From Camelus ferus (lineage: Eukaryota): a stretch of 64,000 nucleotides of DNA. The notes below the pieces were generated by a model, which did not search any database, was not told the origin of the DNA, and saw only the letters and a program-made list of their open reading frames with translations. The stretch covers positions 67,830,001-67,894,000 of the forward strand of contig NC_045697.1 in the NCBI RefSeq assembly GCF_009834535.1. Direction: 5' to 3'. The position numbers and the translations under genes are program-made. Shown here in pieces: positions 12,530 to 26,135 of the stretch (its first letter is position 1; each line of letters starts with the position of its first letter).

Positions 12530-14490
12530 TCTTTTAGTTTTTTTGAGATATAATGGACATATAGCCCTGTGTAAGTTTAAGGTGTACAGCATAATGATTT
12601 GACTTTCATATGACATGAAATGATGGCCACAAGTTTAGTGACCATCCATCATCTCATACAGATACAAAAGAAATGAAAAAGAAGAAATAGTTTTTCCTTT
12701 TGATGAGAATTCTTAGGAGTTCTCTCTCCCAACAACTTTCATATATAACAGTCAGCATTGCTAATTATGTTAATCATGCTGTACATTACATCCCTAGTAC
12801 TTATTTATCTCATAACTGGAAGCTTATACCTTTTGACACACTTTATCCAGTTCCCCTTACTCTCAGCCCTGGCCTCTGGTAATCACAAATCTGATCTCTT
12901 TTTCTACAAGTTTTTGTTTTTTGAAGTATAATTGACCTACAACCTTATGTTAGTTCCTGTTACACGACATACTGATTCGATATTTCTGTACATTTCAAAA
13001 TGATCTCCATGATAAGTTTAGTTATGATATGTCACCAGATGAAGATACTAACTTGTTATTGACTATATTCCCCACACTGTACATTTCATACCTCTGACTC
13101 ATTTATTTTGTAACTGGAAGTATATACCTCTTAATTTCCCTCACCTATTTTCTTTCCCCTCTCCACCCTTCCTCCCTTCTGGCAAACATCTGTTTGTTCT
13201 CCCTGTAACACTGATTCTGTTTTGTTACATTTTGTTTATTTGTTTTTTAGATTTCAGTAATAAAGTGAAATCATAGGGTATTTGTCTTTTTCTGTCCAAC
13301 ATATTTCATTTAGCAGGCCCACTCATTTTGTTGAAAATGTTGCAAATGGCAAGATTTCATTCTTTTTTATGCCTGAGTAATATTCTATTTTATATATTAT
13401 ATAAAATGTATATCTTACGTCTTCTTTATCTGTATTATGGTTATTGTAAATAATACTGCAATGAACATAGAGGTGCATATAATTTAGTGCTCTTGTTTTT
13501 TTTTTTTTTTTTTCAGAAAAATATCCAGAAGTGGAAATGCTGGATCACATGGTAGCTTTATTTTTAATTTTTAGAGGAATCTCCATACTGTTTCCCATAG
13601 TGCCAGCACCGATTTACATCCCAATCAACAATGCACAAGGGTTCCTTTTTCTTTGCATCCTTACCAACACTTACTTGCTGTCTTTTTGATAATAGCCATT
13701 CTGACAGGTGTGAGATGTTATCTCATGTGGTCTGACTTGCATTTCCCTGATTAGAGATGTTGAGCACCTTTTCATGTGCCTGTTGGCTATCTGTGTGACC
13801 TTAGAAAAACATATATTAAGGTATTCTGTCCATTTTTTAAAAAATTGGATTGTTTGCTTTTTTTATGTTGAGTTCTTTGTATATTTTGGATATTAACCCC
13901 ACATTTATATCAATTGCAAGTATCTCCTCCCATTCAGTAAATTAACTTTTTGTTTTGTTGATAATTTCTTTTGCTCTGCAAAAAGCTTTTGTTTTATATA
14001 GTCTTGTTTGTTTATTTTTGCTTTTGATTCCATTGCCTGAGGAGACATATCCAAACAAATATTGCTAAGACTGATGTCAAAGAATGTACTGCCTATGTTT
14101 TCTTCTAGGAATTTTATGGTTTAAGGTCCTACATTTATGTCTTCAATTTGTTTTAAGTTTATTTTTGTATGTAGTGTGAGAAAGTAGTTCACTTTGATTA
14201 CTTTGCATGTAGTTGTTCAGTTTTCCCAAAACCATTCATCAAAGATGCTGTCTTTTCCCTTTGCATATTCTTGTTTCACTTTTCATAAATCATATAAATG
14301 CACATTCATTTCTGGGCTCTCTATTATGTTTCATTGATCTATGTGTCTGTTTTGTATCAGTACCATACTGTTTTAATTACTGTAGCTTTGTAATATAATT
14401 CAAAATAGGGGCTTGTGATACCTTCAGCTTTGTTCTTCTCAAGATTATTTTGGCTATTTAGGACCTTTTGTGTTTTCACAGAAAATTTAA
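12530..14490 (-). mobile_element. 5'-truncated L1 (L1MA9-related, cetartiodactyl type) with bipartite 3'UTR
   Basis: T-tail, two successive 3'UTR modules (about 12540 and about 12915), then antisense ORF2 end (tagccattctgacaggtgtgagatg; cagtaccatactgttttaattactgtagctttgtaa). Confidence 0.9.
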
Positions 14491-16319
14491 AATTATTATA
14501 CAGATTTTATAGAAAAAAAGAAAGTTGTGCATTTTCCCTCCCTCCTCTTTCCTACACTTGGTTCCATAGTTTGATATCCAACTATTTTTCACCTTGGGAG
14601 GAAAAATAAATAAAAAATAGTTGTTAAGGCTCTGAAACCAAGTCTCCAGAGTTGTATTAAGGAAATACATGAGCTTGAGCAATTCACTTTTGCTTCCATT
14701 GTCTTTATTTTCTCTACTATACAAAGAAAATAATACCACCTATATCCTAGGATTTTAATACATTTCAAATGCGTTATTTGAAGTAAACTTTCTAGAACAA
14801 TCTTTGAAATATATAAAGAGATCAATAAATATTCAATGCTTTCTTATAGTAGAGACACCTCTTTAAATTCAACTTGCTCCTTTCTGTCCCCTGCTTGAAA
14901 TTTTGAGATTCTTGTGGTAAAGAAATTCTAAGAGTAGAGTCAGATCTCAAGATGTCATTTAAGACACACACCCACAAATGTCCCCCCCCCACACACATAG
15001 ATTTGTGGATGGACATATATATATATGCAAACAGAACTTAATACACCCAACTATAGGACAAATCTATGAACAAGAATCTATGTTTTCACAATTGTTTCTC
15101 TTTAAATGTGATAACTATTGTATTGCTTCTCTTAGAGAAAAGAATTGTAATCATATTAAAAAGGAAGAATACATATGCCCATATGTAAAGATTATCCACC
15201 TTATTAAAAATTATATTCTTAAACTAAGAATTGTTAATAATAAACTTAAATCCTTCTTTTCCCAAGGAGTAAAATATTGTAACAGTATTCTCTAAAAATT
15301 CTTCTTATCTATATATACGTGAAGAAGTAAAATCCTGGTCTATTTAATGATAGTTGTAACAACAGGTAAAGGTTGAGTCTTCAAGAATAAACCATAATAA
15401 AAGATCAACTAGAGAAAGAATCAGACACAGGTACCTAGTGACAAACAGAAACATCCATAAATCACATCTGTACACTAAGTAGACAAATTAGAGAAAGCTG
15501 CATGAATGACAAGCAAGAAACACTCCAGAAGCAGACTTCAATACTGCTCAGAGACAGCAAACTTACAAGGCAGCTGTCCTCATGGTTTGTCTGAATGTGA
15601 GTCCCCAGGTGTTCCTATTCTTCTTTTTACATTTTTAGGCCTTTACTCTGGGTTTTCTCTATAAATAGAAAGCCCTTCCCTGAATGACCCAAATTCTTCC
15701 CTTCATCCAGACCAAAACTTCTGCTAAAACTGTCATAATATTTAACTCTTGCTGATTCTGACCTCCCCAATAATAGATTGACTATGCCAATTATGCACAT
15801 CCCTTTCTCTCTTGTAGTTTCTTGTATCTATGGCTTGTTCCCTTATGAATGCTGCAAAATTAAGAACTGTATGCAATCTGTGTATCTTCAAATGCATAAT
15901 GCTTTGTGTATAATACTCTAAAATATTATGGAGGGAATAAAAACAAAATAAGTGAATATGGACTATATATTAGTAATATTCAACATATAGTATCACTACT
16001 AAGGAAGATGTCAGACTATCCACAATTATAGAAATTACTATGTGGAAATGGGTCCAAAGAGGTTAAATATGTTGTTTAAATACATTAGCAAAACAAGAAT
16101 TCAAATTAAGACCCATTTTCTGAAACTTCCTGCTCCGTTGAGTAGATTTAATGCTGGCTAAGCAAGTTTGCCCTGAAAGGACAGATTAATTGATTAATAT
16201 CAATTTAGATAAGTTTCTCCAGTAAAATAATGCAGACTCTGCCCCCAGCCTTTTGATGTTTTATTTTATTTTAGTGAAGAGATGAATTACAACTGAGAAA
16301 GTATGCTTGTAAAAGTTTT

Positions 16320-16980
16320 ACATGGCACAAAACTGCTGATTCTTGCCTCCTTGCCTTTGTGTATGCTACTCATTCTGTTTAGAATGTAATTCTTTCCCTT
16401 GTATGTCTGATAAATACTTATGCATTACTCAAAATTAAACTCCAAAGTCAATTCTTCTGAAAGACCATCCCTATATGCCTTCACTAATCATCCCAAGAGA
16501 AAGACATCTCACGTTCTCATTTGAGTTACCACTGCACCTGTGACACACCTGGTTTCCAACGCCCCCAAACTCGGTAACTTCCCAGACTCCTGTATTCCCA
16601 CCTGCCCGCTTCATTCACCATGATCCAACCCAGCCCATTTTGTTTTTAAAGTTTCACAATATTCTGAGCCTATTCCCAGCTCAGTGCTCTATTTCAGACT
16701 GTTCTATTTACCTGGAATACTCCTCAGTACCCTTACCTTCCCTTACCTAACTAATTCTATTTTGGTCTCAGTATAAATGGTACTTTCTCAGAGAACCTTT
16801 TCTAACCTCCCAAACCAAGTCAAGTCCCTTCCTGTTACTCACTTTCATGGCCTGCTGTGTTCTCTTTCATAGAATATTTAAATATTTGTAATTATTTTTG
16901 TATGTCTATTTGTTCAATGTTTATCTTTTCCATGGAGAACAAAATCCAAGGGGCTAAGACTACATCTGTTTTGCTTGTCA
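16320..16980 (+). mobile_element. L2 3' fragments
   Basis: gcctttgtgtatgctactcattctgtttagaatg; ctgttctatttacctggaatactc; tatttgttcaatgtttatcttttccatggag...ctacatctgttttgc. Confidence 0.6.
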
Positions 16981-17195
16981 AACCACGAGTGAGAAATATT
17001 TATTGTACACTTTTCTTATGCCAGTGTTAACTGTTTATTTACTGATTAGCTGCAGCCACTATAAGTCTGAACTGGGAGGGGATTTCAATTCATTGCTATC
17101 ATTCTTGAAATGTATCTAGTACTTATATAGGCATATGATATCTACTTAGAAATTGATTATTACCTGGATAAAATAAGCAACTATTAATAAAGAAC

Positions 17196-18052
17196 TGTAT
17201 TAAGCAAAATAATTGCTCCCCAAAGATATCCATGTCTTAATAAAGTCTTAATCTCTGGAACCTATGACTATTACATTACTTGAGGAAAGGATTATGTTTA
17301 AAGACTTTAGAGCTGGTGAGATTATTTGGATTATCTTGGTGGAGTCATTCTAATTACCAGAGTCCTTAACAGCAGAGGCCCTTTCCCAGCTGTGGTCAGA
17401 GAGATGAGACCTTGGAAGAAGAGTCAGAGAGATGCATTGTTCTACCTTTGGAAATAGAAGCAAGTGTTAAAGGATGAATTGAAGAACTTTAAAACTTTCA
17501 AATTTTCATTTAAGCATATTTTGACTTGAATCAGGCAATGCCAACCAGAAAGTGGTTAGGCACACCTGACAGGCAAGGACCTAGCGGAAAGGTTTTTATA
17601 CAGAAGACAGTAAACCAAAGCAAAAAATTACTTGATTGGCTATCCCTTAAGTGGTTGCCTAATTTGGTAAAGCTTAGTTGGCTGTTTGTGATTGAGTGTT
17701 CATAAATGTCATTTTCTCGGATTTGAGTACATTGACTGTAGCTTAGGTTTGGGGTTCCTTATGTAGCTACCACAGCATTAGAGCCCCCAGTCTAACAGCC
17801 TCATTGTTTGCTTTAACAGGGGCCATGAACAAAGGAATGAGGGTGGCCTCTAGAATCCAGAAAATGCAAGGAAATGTATTCTCCTGAGGGTTTCTAGAGA
17901 AAGAATACAGTCCCGCAAGTGCCGTAATTTTATCTCAGTGAGACCCAGGTTCAACTCTCACCTACAGAGCCATAAAATATTTTTTTCTGTTACTTTAAGC
18001 CATTAAATGTATGAGACTCAAGTTGTTACAGTAGTAAAACAAAAACAATATA
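17196..18052 (+). mobile_element. MLT1D-like MaLR LTR interrupted by a nested LTR
   Basis: ccccaaagatatccatgtcttaat...ggaacctatga at the start, ggggccatgaacaaaggaatg...ggcctctagaa in the middle, and ttgttacagtagtaaaacaaaaacaatata at the end. Confidence 0.85.
17465..17818 (-). mobile_element. Nested ERV1-type solo LTR (354 bp)
   Basis: Perfect 8-bp inverted termini TGTTAAAG...CTTTAACA. Minus strand has a TATA-like motif (plus tttttata) and CCAAT (plus gattgg). It interrupts a colinear MLT1. Confidence 0.7.
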
Positions 18053-18429
18053 GGCATGTATACTATATATGTAAGGTGACAGAATCTAGGTATAGAAGAT
18101 TTCAATTGTTTGGAAAAATGGGTTGAAATGAAGAGTTCAACTGACTGTAGATCAATATGAAAGCTTATATTTAAGATACAGATTTAACTGGATCAGAGAT
18201 ACCTGACTTGGCAGTGACTCATGTACAAAAGACCCCAGGTTTCTTACTTGACTGATGTATTACTAGTGAAAAAATAGCCCAAATCAAAAACCTCATGTCC
18301 AGAGAGAGAAACTGGTGAGATTTATAAGACAAAAGAAGGCGTAATTCCAAACTAATACAATTTTTCCAAACTAATTTTATGAAGCTAGAAGACCCTAATA
18401 TCAGACTTTTCAAGGACAATACACACAAT

Positions 18430-19486
18430 CACAATGAAAATTACACAACTCTATTCACAAATATAGTTGTGAATATTTTGAAGGAAATATTAGCTATAAT
18501 TAGCAATATATTCAAAGAAGTTAGTTTAACATATTACATATAACATTTACATATTATATGGTATTTTAACATATTAAAAGAGAAAATATAACATTAAATG
18601 GGAGTATTTTAATAAGCATCTCAACAGATTCACAAAGAAGCTTTTAATAAATTTTAAAATGCATTCATGTTAATGTTTATGTAAAATTTTAGTCAAGTAG
18701 AAATATAGGGGAACTTCTTAAAGCTGGTAATTTATAGTTAGAAAAATCCTACAGTAAACAATTTATTTAGTGGGGATACGTTTAAATGTTTCCCTTTGGA
18801 ATCTGTAAAAACAAGAAAACCTATTACCAGCACTGGTATTCAACATTGCTGGAAAACAAACAAGAGATTTGAATGCCAATTTCATAAAAGAGGACATCAA
18901 AATGACCAATAAACATATAAAAGTGTTGCTCCAGCAATATGAAATTTTGTTGTCAGAAAAATGTAAATTAAAACCACAATGAGATTTCAAAACAATGGGA
19001 AAACTGAAAATCTGAAGATACCAAGTGTAGTACAAGGATGTAGGGTGTCACACATTTTCATATACTACTCTGTAAATGAATATAACTATATTAGAAAACA
19101 TAAGGCATTATCTTGCTCATTTGAATTATTCATAACACATAACCAAGCAATTCAAACCTCAACAGATACAAGTGGCTAAGTATTTGTAGATCACTGATAT
19201 GTATGCCCCAAAGTCTACAACAATAAAGTGAATAACTGGTGGTCATATGTTTATGCTGAACACCACTGAAACGAAACAAAATAAAATAAACCAGAACTGC
19301 ACACAGTTAGGATGAACTTTATCTACATAGTATTGAATGAATTATACATAACAAGAGAAAACATAGTTTGATTTCATGTGTATAAATTCAAAACAGGCAA
19401 AATTAAATATTAATTTTAGAGATTCCTATTATCAGTGGAAAATAAAATACAAAGAAAAGCAAGGAGTAAAAGTTAGGTTATCTGAC

Positions 19487-19558
<72 letters not shown>

Positions 19559-19810
19559 TTGCTATATTATTTATATCTATAAATACATATTATATACAGT
19601 ATTTTTAATCTGACTGTTGATCTATTTATCTATCCATCTATCTAAAATAGGAATTATCTCAGAGGGAAAAAAAGATTCAGAATTAATAATGGCTAAAGGG
19701 ACCTCTAGAGTATTAATAACATGGTGGTTTTTGACCTGGGTAGTAGGGGAACAGGTACACAGATACGTGTCATTTGCATGCAAATTTCTGAATTTGTATT
19801 ATTCCAAAAA
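18430..19810 (+). mobile_element. Highly decayed L1M/L1ME fragments
   Basis: catctcaacagattcacaaagaagcttttaataaa; aaatgtaaattaaaaccacaatgagat; aaattcaaaacaggcaaaattaaat. Confidence 0.7.
19487..19558. repeat. Compound (TA)n(CA)n microsatellite
   Basis: Directly visible. Confidence 0.95.
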
Positions 19811-20469
19811 AGTAAAAAAATCTTTAAAGTTTATATAATCAAAGATAAGGTAAAATACAAGGTTTTATATAAAAAACAATTTTATACAGTTCTTACTGTG
19901 AAACTATATTTAAATTACTTTGCATAAATTATTTTTAGATAATCTACTTACTTTGATCAAGTTGGACACTTAAAATTCCTTACATGTAAAAGGAAAATAG
20001 ACATATTGGGAAGAGGGCCAAATTTAGGAAAACAAAACTGGTAATACTTGTGCCACCGCTCATCACAAACCAGATTTTTTTTTCTGTTCCCAGTATGTCT
20101 ATGACCCACTGACCATCCCCTACTCCACACAATTTTGTATTTTTCTTTTTTGTGTGCATCCAAATGTTACAGAGAGAAGTCAGGGAATACAGATTAACAA
20201 ACTGCACTTCAAAATACTATATAGAAAATCAGATCAGATGTGCACCAACTGTGCTGCTTCCCAGGGATGGTACATCTTACTGTATGGAGCTGCAAATCTC
20301 CACCTCCTTCCCCCCACCCCCCACACCAGAAACTTGCTTTCATCTTTTTGCCTTATTTCTTCGTCAGACACCCTAGAGGTGTGCTGAAATGGTAAGAGAA
20401 AAGGGTAGAGTCTAAAATCATTGTTGCTTCAGCTGTTTTATTTTAAATAGTGGGAGAGAAAGATTGTAA

Positions 20470-20720
20470 CATAACTAACTTCCACTGAGTCCTTATAGTG
20501 TAAGAGGTACTGATCTAAGGGCCATTTGTGTATTAACTCATTTAATACTCTTCACAATTTTTTGAGTTATATTATGATGCTAAGTTTACAGTTGATAAAG
20601 CAAAAGCACAAACTGTTTATAGATATCTGGCCCCAAATTACACAGCTAGTAAATAATAAAACTGGAAATCAAATATAGGCAGTCTGGATCCAGGCAATCC
20701 ATTCTCAATAATACTTCCTC
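20470..20720 (-). mobile_element. MIR
   Basis: tattaactcatttaatactc...tttacagttgataaagc...cccaaattacacagctagtaaat...aggcagtctggatccag. Confidence 0.8.
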
Positions 20721-21089
20721 TTAATTATTAAAATCATCAAAAAATTTTTCTGGCTTTATCATACTTTACAATAATGTCATTTGTAATGCATGTTTAAACC
20801 AAAAGGAAGTTAATGGTGAACTTAACCATGGTTATTATGCTTTTCTTTTCTTTCTCCTCTTTTATTTTTTCAAAATAATAAAAATATTATAACATTCAGT
20901 AAGTTATAAGTTATTCTGTGATTCTTCTCAAATACTGTTTTACTTGCTTTTTAATAACAATGATATATTTTGGTTTGTTTTTGTTTAAGCCCAGAGTGTA
21001 TAGTAATGTACTTTAGCCTATCATCTTCTGATAACCAGACTTATGTAATGATAGATTTTGTTGGTCAAATATGATTTCTTAGTACTCCT

Positions 21090-21447
21090 ATGTTAGTCAT
21101 TGACACAAAACCAAGTATTACTAAATCTCTTTGCTGGAACTGAGTAATCTGCAATACCCCCATGGTCTTAAAGTGAAGTGTGGCTATATGACTTGCTTTT
21201 TCCAGTGTGTGTCACCTCCTGGCAGAGATTTATAAGCCAGTATTATTCACCAAGTTTTCTTCTCTTTACCAAAGTGATGGTTTCAGTTGATGGATGCTTT
21301 GTGTGCATGGGTCCAAGATTAAGGACAACATGCAGCAGGGCCCCAGACAACCCTGATGAACATAGGACGTGGAAAAGAAATGAATTTTTGCTGAGAATTT
21401 TTCATTGTTTGTTATCACAGCATAACCTAGATTATCCTGACAAATAT
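21090..21447 (+). mobile_element. Old MLT1 (I/J-like) LTR
   Basis: gtgtggctatatgacttgcttt...gtgtgtcacctcctggcaga...ttgtttgttatcacagcataacctagattatcctgacaaata. Confidence 0.7.
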
Positions 21448-24400
21448 ACGCTCTATTATTGAAACAGATAAATATATGATTCTTAAAACAAAATATTTGC
21501 TTTTACAAAGGTACTTTCTTAGTAACATTCTGCCTCTGAATGTATTATGTTGTTTTACTAACTTTCAGATAATAAAATAACTTTTTGGATTTATAGAATA
21601 TGGTTTATAATATAAAATCATACACAGTAACTTAGCGTTTGCTTGTAGAGCAAGGAGCAAACAACCCATATAAATTGTTAAAATAGTTTAATGACAATAA
21701 AAATAATCCCTATTGTATATTATTTCTGTACTTTAATGTTGTAATGCAGTACTGATGCCACATTGACTTGTTATATAGAAAGATACAATTTAGAAATTTC
21801 CATTGGTTTTTCTCTCCACTTGTCTATCTTCTTCTTTTTCACACCAAGGTAGTTTTTTTTCCTGAAACAGCTTTGTTTTGTGGTGTCTTCTGTCCAGCTT
21901 AAGGGATTTGAGATAAAAACTGATGTTTAAAAAACATTTTCATACATTTTTTAAACCCAGTATTAATGTTAATTGCTTTTATAATAACAGTACTTTACTA
22001 TCATTATTGCTGTCATTTGTTGAAGAAGTAAAGCTCAGAGAAATCACTTACTCAGTAGACAGTAGTTCATAGACGACAAAATTCAAAGTAGTTCAACTTG
22101 TCCATGCCTGAACAAGTAAAAAAACTGAGCTTTCATTTATTAAAAAAATGTATCAGATCATTCTTTAAAACACTGGGTTATCATTGTATTACAAATGCTT
22201 TTTTGTTCTTGGTGGGAAACTTGTCTCTAAGCGGAAGCTCATTCAAGTAGAACTCAAATTTGCATATTCCAATGCATTGCAGCAATTTCTACTTCACTGT
22301 AACTGAAAAACCACCATATCTCTAGTTTCTATAATTGGATCTTGTAGAATATGCATAATGTTATTGCCATGAAGTTATACAATATGCAATATTATTCTAC
22401 TCACAACACATTAAGATCAGCTACACTAGTCATTTGTCAGGTAAAATATCACACTGCCCAGTGGTCACTGTTTCAAAGCCTATAACAGAAAATCATATAG
22501 ATATTTTAACATATAAGCAGAAAAGAAATGGATCTATAGCTCAGCATAATAGTTTTACTCTAGAGTTTCTCAGTGTTTATATTTGGGATATTATACAAAG
22601 AATGGATAGTGATTTATTTATATGCATCCTCAGTTTTCTATCCATATCCTTTTTCTAACTAAGCTTGTAATTGACATTGTAACTCTGTCTGAATTCAATA
22701 CTTTCTAATGACTTTAGTAATGGCATCATATTCATTCTTGCATAGGCACTGGGCTTGGATAAGTACTGAAGTCACTAAGTATAAGAATGAAATTGGGGTT
22801 GAAAAAGAGACCTAGAATTTCCATTAAAAGAATTATTATCAGATGACTTCAAAAGTTAAAGTTCCCAGAAGCATCAACGTGGCATAGGAAGAAGGGTGTG
22901 CTTTAGCACTGATTTGTATTAATAATTATTATAATTCTGGTTAAATATGAATCAGTAAGAAATTTTTCTTCAGTTCAGAGAAGGATAACAAATATTGAAA
23001 GCTTATCTACCAGGCATTTTACATAGATAATTATTTTTCAATGGTTCTCTAGAGTAATTTTAACTACATATAAGTGTTATGAAATTTATCTTTAAAAAGT
23101 GATAAATTTTGCTAAATAATCTTCTCAGTTTTAATTTAAGTATAACATTCAAGAGACAGTAATTTGACTGTTACTTGGTGAGTTTTCACATGAATCTCAA
23201 ATATTTGACATACAATTCAATCAAATCTTTCTAATCTGAATTTCCATGTAGACAGTATGTGGGATAGGCTCCAATAACATTACAATAAAAGATGGATATA
23301 AGTAAAGTACACTTATTTGAACATACAGACTTATAAGTGCTTATTGCTGTGTTTGTTTCCTGCCATGCTCCACAGTTAGGTCTCTTAAAAAGCTTAACAC
23401 CAGAATCTTAGATTATCTGTGTAACAATTTAATGAAAACTCCAAGATCTTCAGAGATAAATGACATGAAATTCATACTTATTTCTTTAAGTACAAATTAA
23501 TTCAATTTTTTATTCAATGATATGAAATACAATAGAATTCATGTTATATATGTATAAATACATGCATAAATGTTATAAATACTATCAGATTATTTTTAAA
23601 ACTCAACAATGAGGTCCAAAAATGATAAAAGGAAAACTTATTACTAATAAGTAGCAATTATGCTGCTGAAACACTGAGATGAACATCCTGTATTTATTGC
23701 TCTTGTATCCTCCTACTAAGTTTTGCCAATTAGATACAGAAGGTCATAGGAAGGCTCAAAGCACATTTGCAGGGGTAATTGTACTGAAAGCAATTCAATT
23801 ACGTTTAAATGCTTCCGTAATATTATCATTCATATGGAAACCTCTGCTACACCAGCTTCATTTAGGAGACAGAGCAGATGCTGCTTTCTATTTACCTACT
23901 TCCCCTCATTCTACAAAGTCTGGATTGTGGTCCAGTCAGGATATTATTTGGTACAGACTAGCCCAGTACCAGTCTCCTTAAGTTAAACTCATTGGCTATA
24001 TATAGATGTCTAGGCTTAATGGATAAGGGATTGGGGAATGATGAGCTATTTCAAGTATTTTCTACATTGTCAACATAAGATGAATAATTTTATGCCTGTA
24101 TTACACAATTTTAGCTCTCCAAATAACTGTTTATGAGAAATAATATCTGGCAAGTTGTTATGATTTTTTAAGTTTATTGCAGAAAATGATCCTATTCTAG
24201 ACTTTCTTGATTCTTTTATCTGAGTGTCATGTCCTCTAACTTACAAAAAGAGTCATAAGAAAGTAACTATTATTTAGAAAACTGTTCTTATTCTAAAATA
24301 ATTTCAATTGCAAGAAAAAATTATTTTTTTCTTTAAGTGATAAAAATACAATTTAGATATTTTACTCTTCTTGTATTTCTTGTCAGATTCAATCATAGGG

Positions 24401-26049
24401 AAATATTTGCCTTTATTTCTGCTGAGACATGACAAAATATAAACATTCACTAAGGATGGGTGGTTGAAAAACAGAAAAAAATAGATTATGCTAAATTTTG
24501 TCTGAATTTGTAGACTTCAAGTGATTTACACCATTATATCTTTGCCCATATAACTTTCACTTTCAAGCAGCATATTGAATTCTATTTACTATAATGCACA
24601 CGATGTAGTTGAGTGTAACATATAAATACATAATTTTATTACTGATGAAACTGCTGGTGATATAATGTTGAAAAATATACCAAATCCCAATTTCTCAAAA
24701 TCAAAGTTTTTAACATCCTTTCTCTTTAGCTTTGGATTAATGACTTAACATAGCCCTCAGATAAACTCTATGAATGGTTGCCACTGCTCTAGACGGTGAA
24801 GCCATATGCATTCTGCAACATGTTGATGATATGACTTTACATCATGATCTAGTAGCTGGCACTTGCTGTCACATGGAATGACTTAGTAGCAAATACTCTA
24901 CAGCTGAAATCAGTTTTTGGCACAAGTTCTCCAGTGTCTAATTGGCTCATATCCAACAACTGTATCCAGCATGCTACCATGTTTAGTTACCTCAAGGTAT
25001 ATTTTATAACTAACTTAGTTTCTAATTGCTCACCAAGAAGTCAAATTGCTTAAAATGCAATGTTTATAGGCCGTGGTGAGTGATTGATAATATTGCTATG
25101 AAAATGGTTCAGGGAAAAATTATTGAGGTCATCTAGTGTGGTCAAAGTTTTTAAATCATCAATCACTTATTTATTTTTATGTTGAAGTAGATACAGAATT
25201 ATTTGCCAAGGAAACACCAGGTCTTGAATATTTTCTCTTGCTATCCTCATGCAAGTATGGGCTGGCCCTTTAGACTAAATTCCATGCTTTGAAATCGAAT
25301 TTTCTTTTCAAATATCAACCACCGTTAACTGATTATAAGACACATGGGCCTGTCTTTAATCAATGGAATGACTACTGAGTCTATGATTACCACAGACTAT
25401 AATCTCATACTCTTTGTTCCTCAATATCAAAAAAATAAATAAAAATGAAACAAAAAACTATGGTTGCTATTAATGAGGTTGCTTTTGGAAGATGTGTTGA
25501 ATCAATTATCACCCTTTATGTTGAGAATAGTACTTTTAGAGAAAGCCAGTGTCTCTGAGAATTGCATCTAGATTTCAGTGCTTCAGCTTCTTGACCAATT
25601 GCTTTTATTGGACTTTCCTGTGGCATCATGTGTTCAGCTTAGACTGAAGAACGCTGTAGGAGCCATCATATGAAGTTTGCCTTTATAATAATTTTATGGA
25701 TTTTTAAGGGATGATGTCCATTGTATCACACAGTGTTCTCTTCAAGAGGCATCAGGGAAAACTATCTAGACTTTAATTTTAAAAAATCAGAAAGATTATT
25801 TTTATTTTATGTTTACTCTGAATCTTAAGATTGTTTCTCCCTTCACTTTAGTTTCTGAGAATCTTAGAGTTCAATCTTTACCTGGAACAACATATTAAGA
25901 GTTTCTGCTATTTTACCTGAGTACTAACATTAACCACATTTTTCTTCAAATTATCACTTTTGTCTGTAACTTAACAGAGTTCCCTCTTATCGACATCCTT
26001 CCATTTTTCTCAATTCACTTTATTAATTTACTTAAAAAAAGAATTAAGA

Positions 26050-26135
26050 CATTATTTATTTAGAGCAGCTTTATATTCACCTTAAAATTGAGGGAAAGTT
26101 AGAGATTTCCTTTACAGTCTCTGATCACACACATG
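26050..26135 (-). mobile_element. L1MC/L1MD-type 3' tip
   Basis: tttagagcagctttatattcacc...aaaattgagggaaagttagagatttcc is the antisense extreme 3' end. Confidence 0.6.

Noticed and set aside
23679..23981. 100-aa plus-strand ORF in unique DNA
   Set aside because: No recognisable domain, no convincing splice context, and a length compatible with chance.
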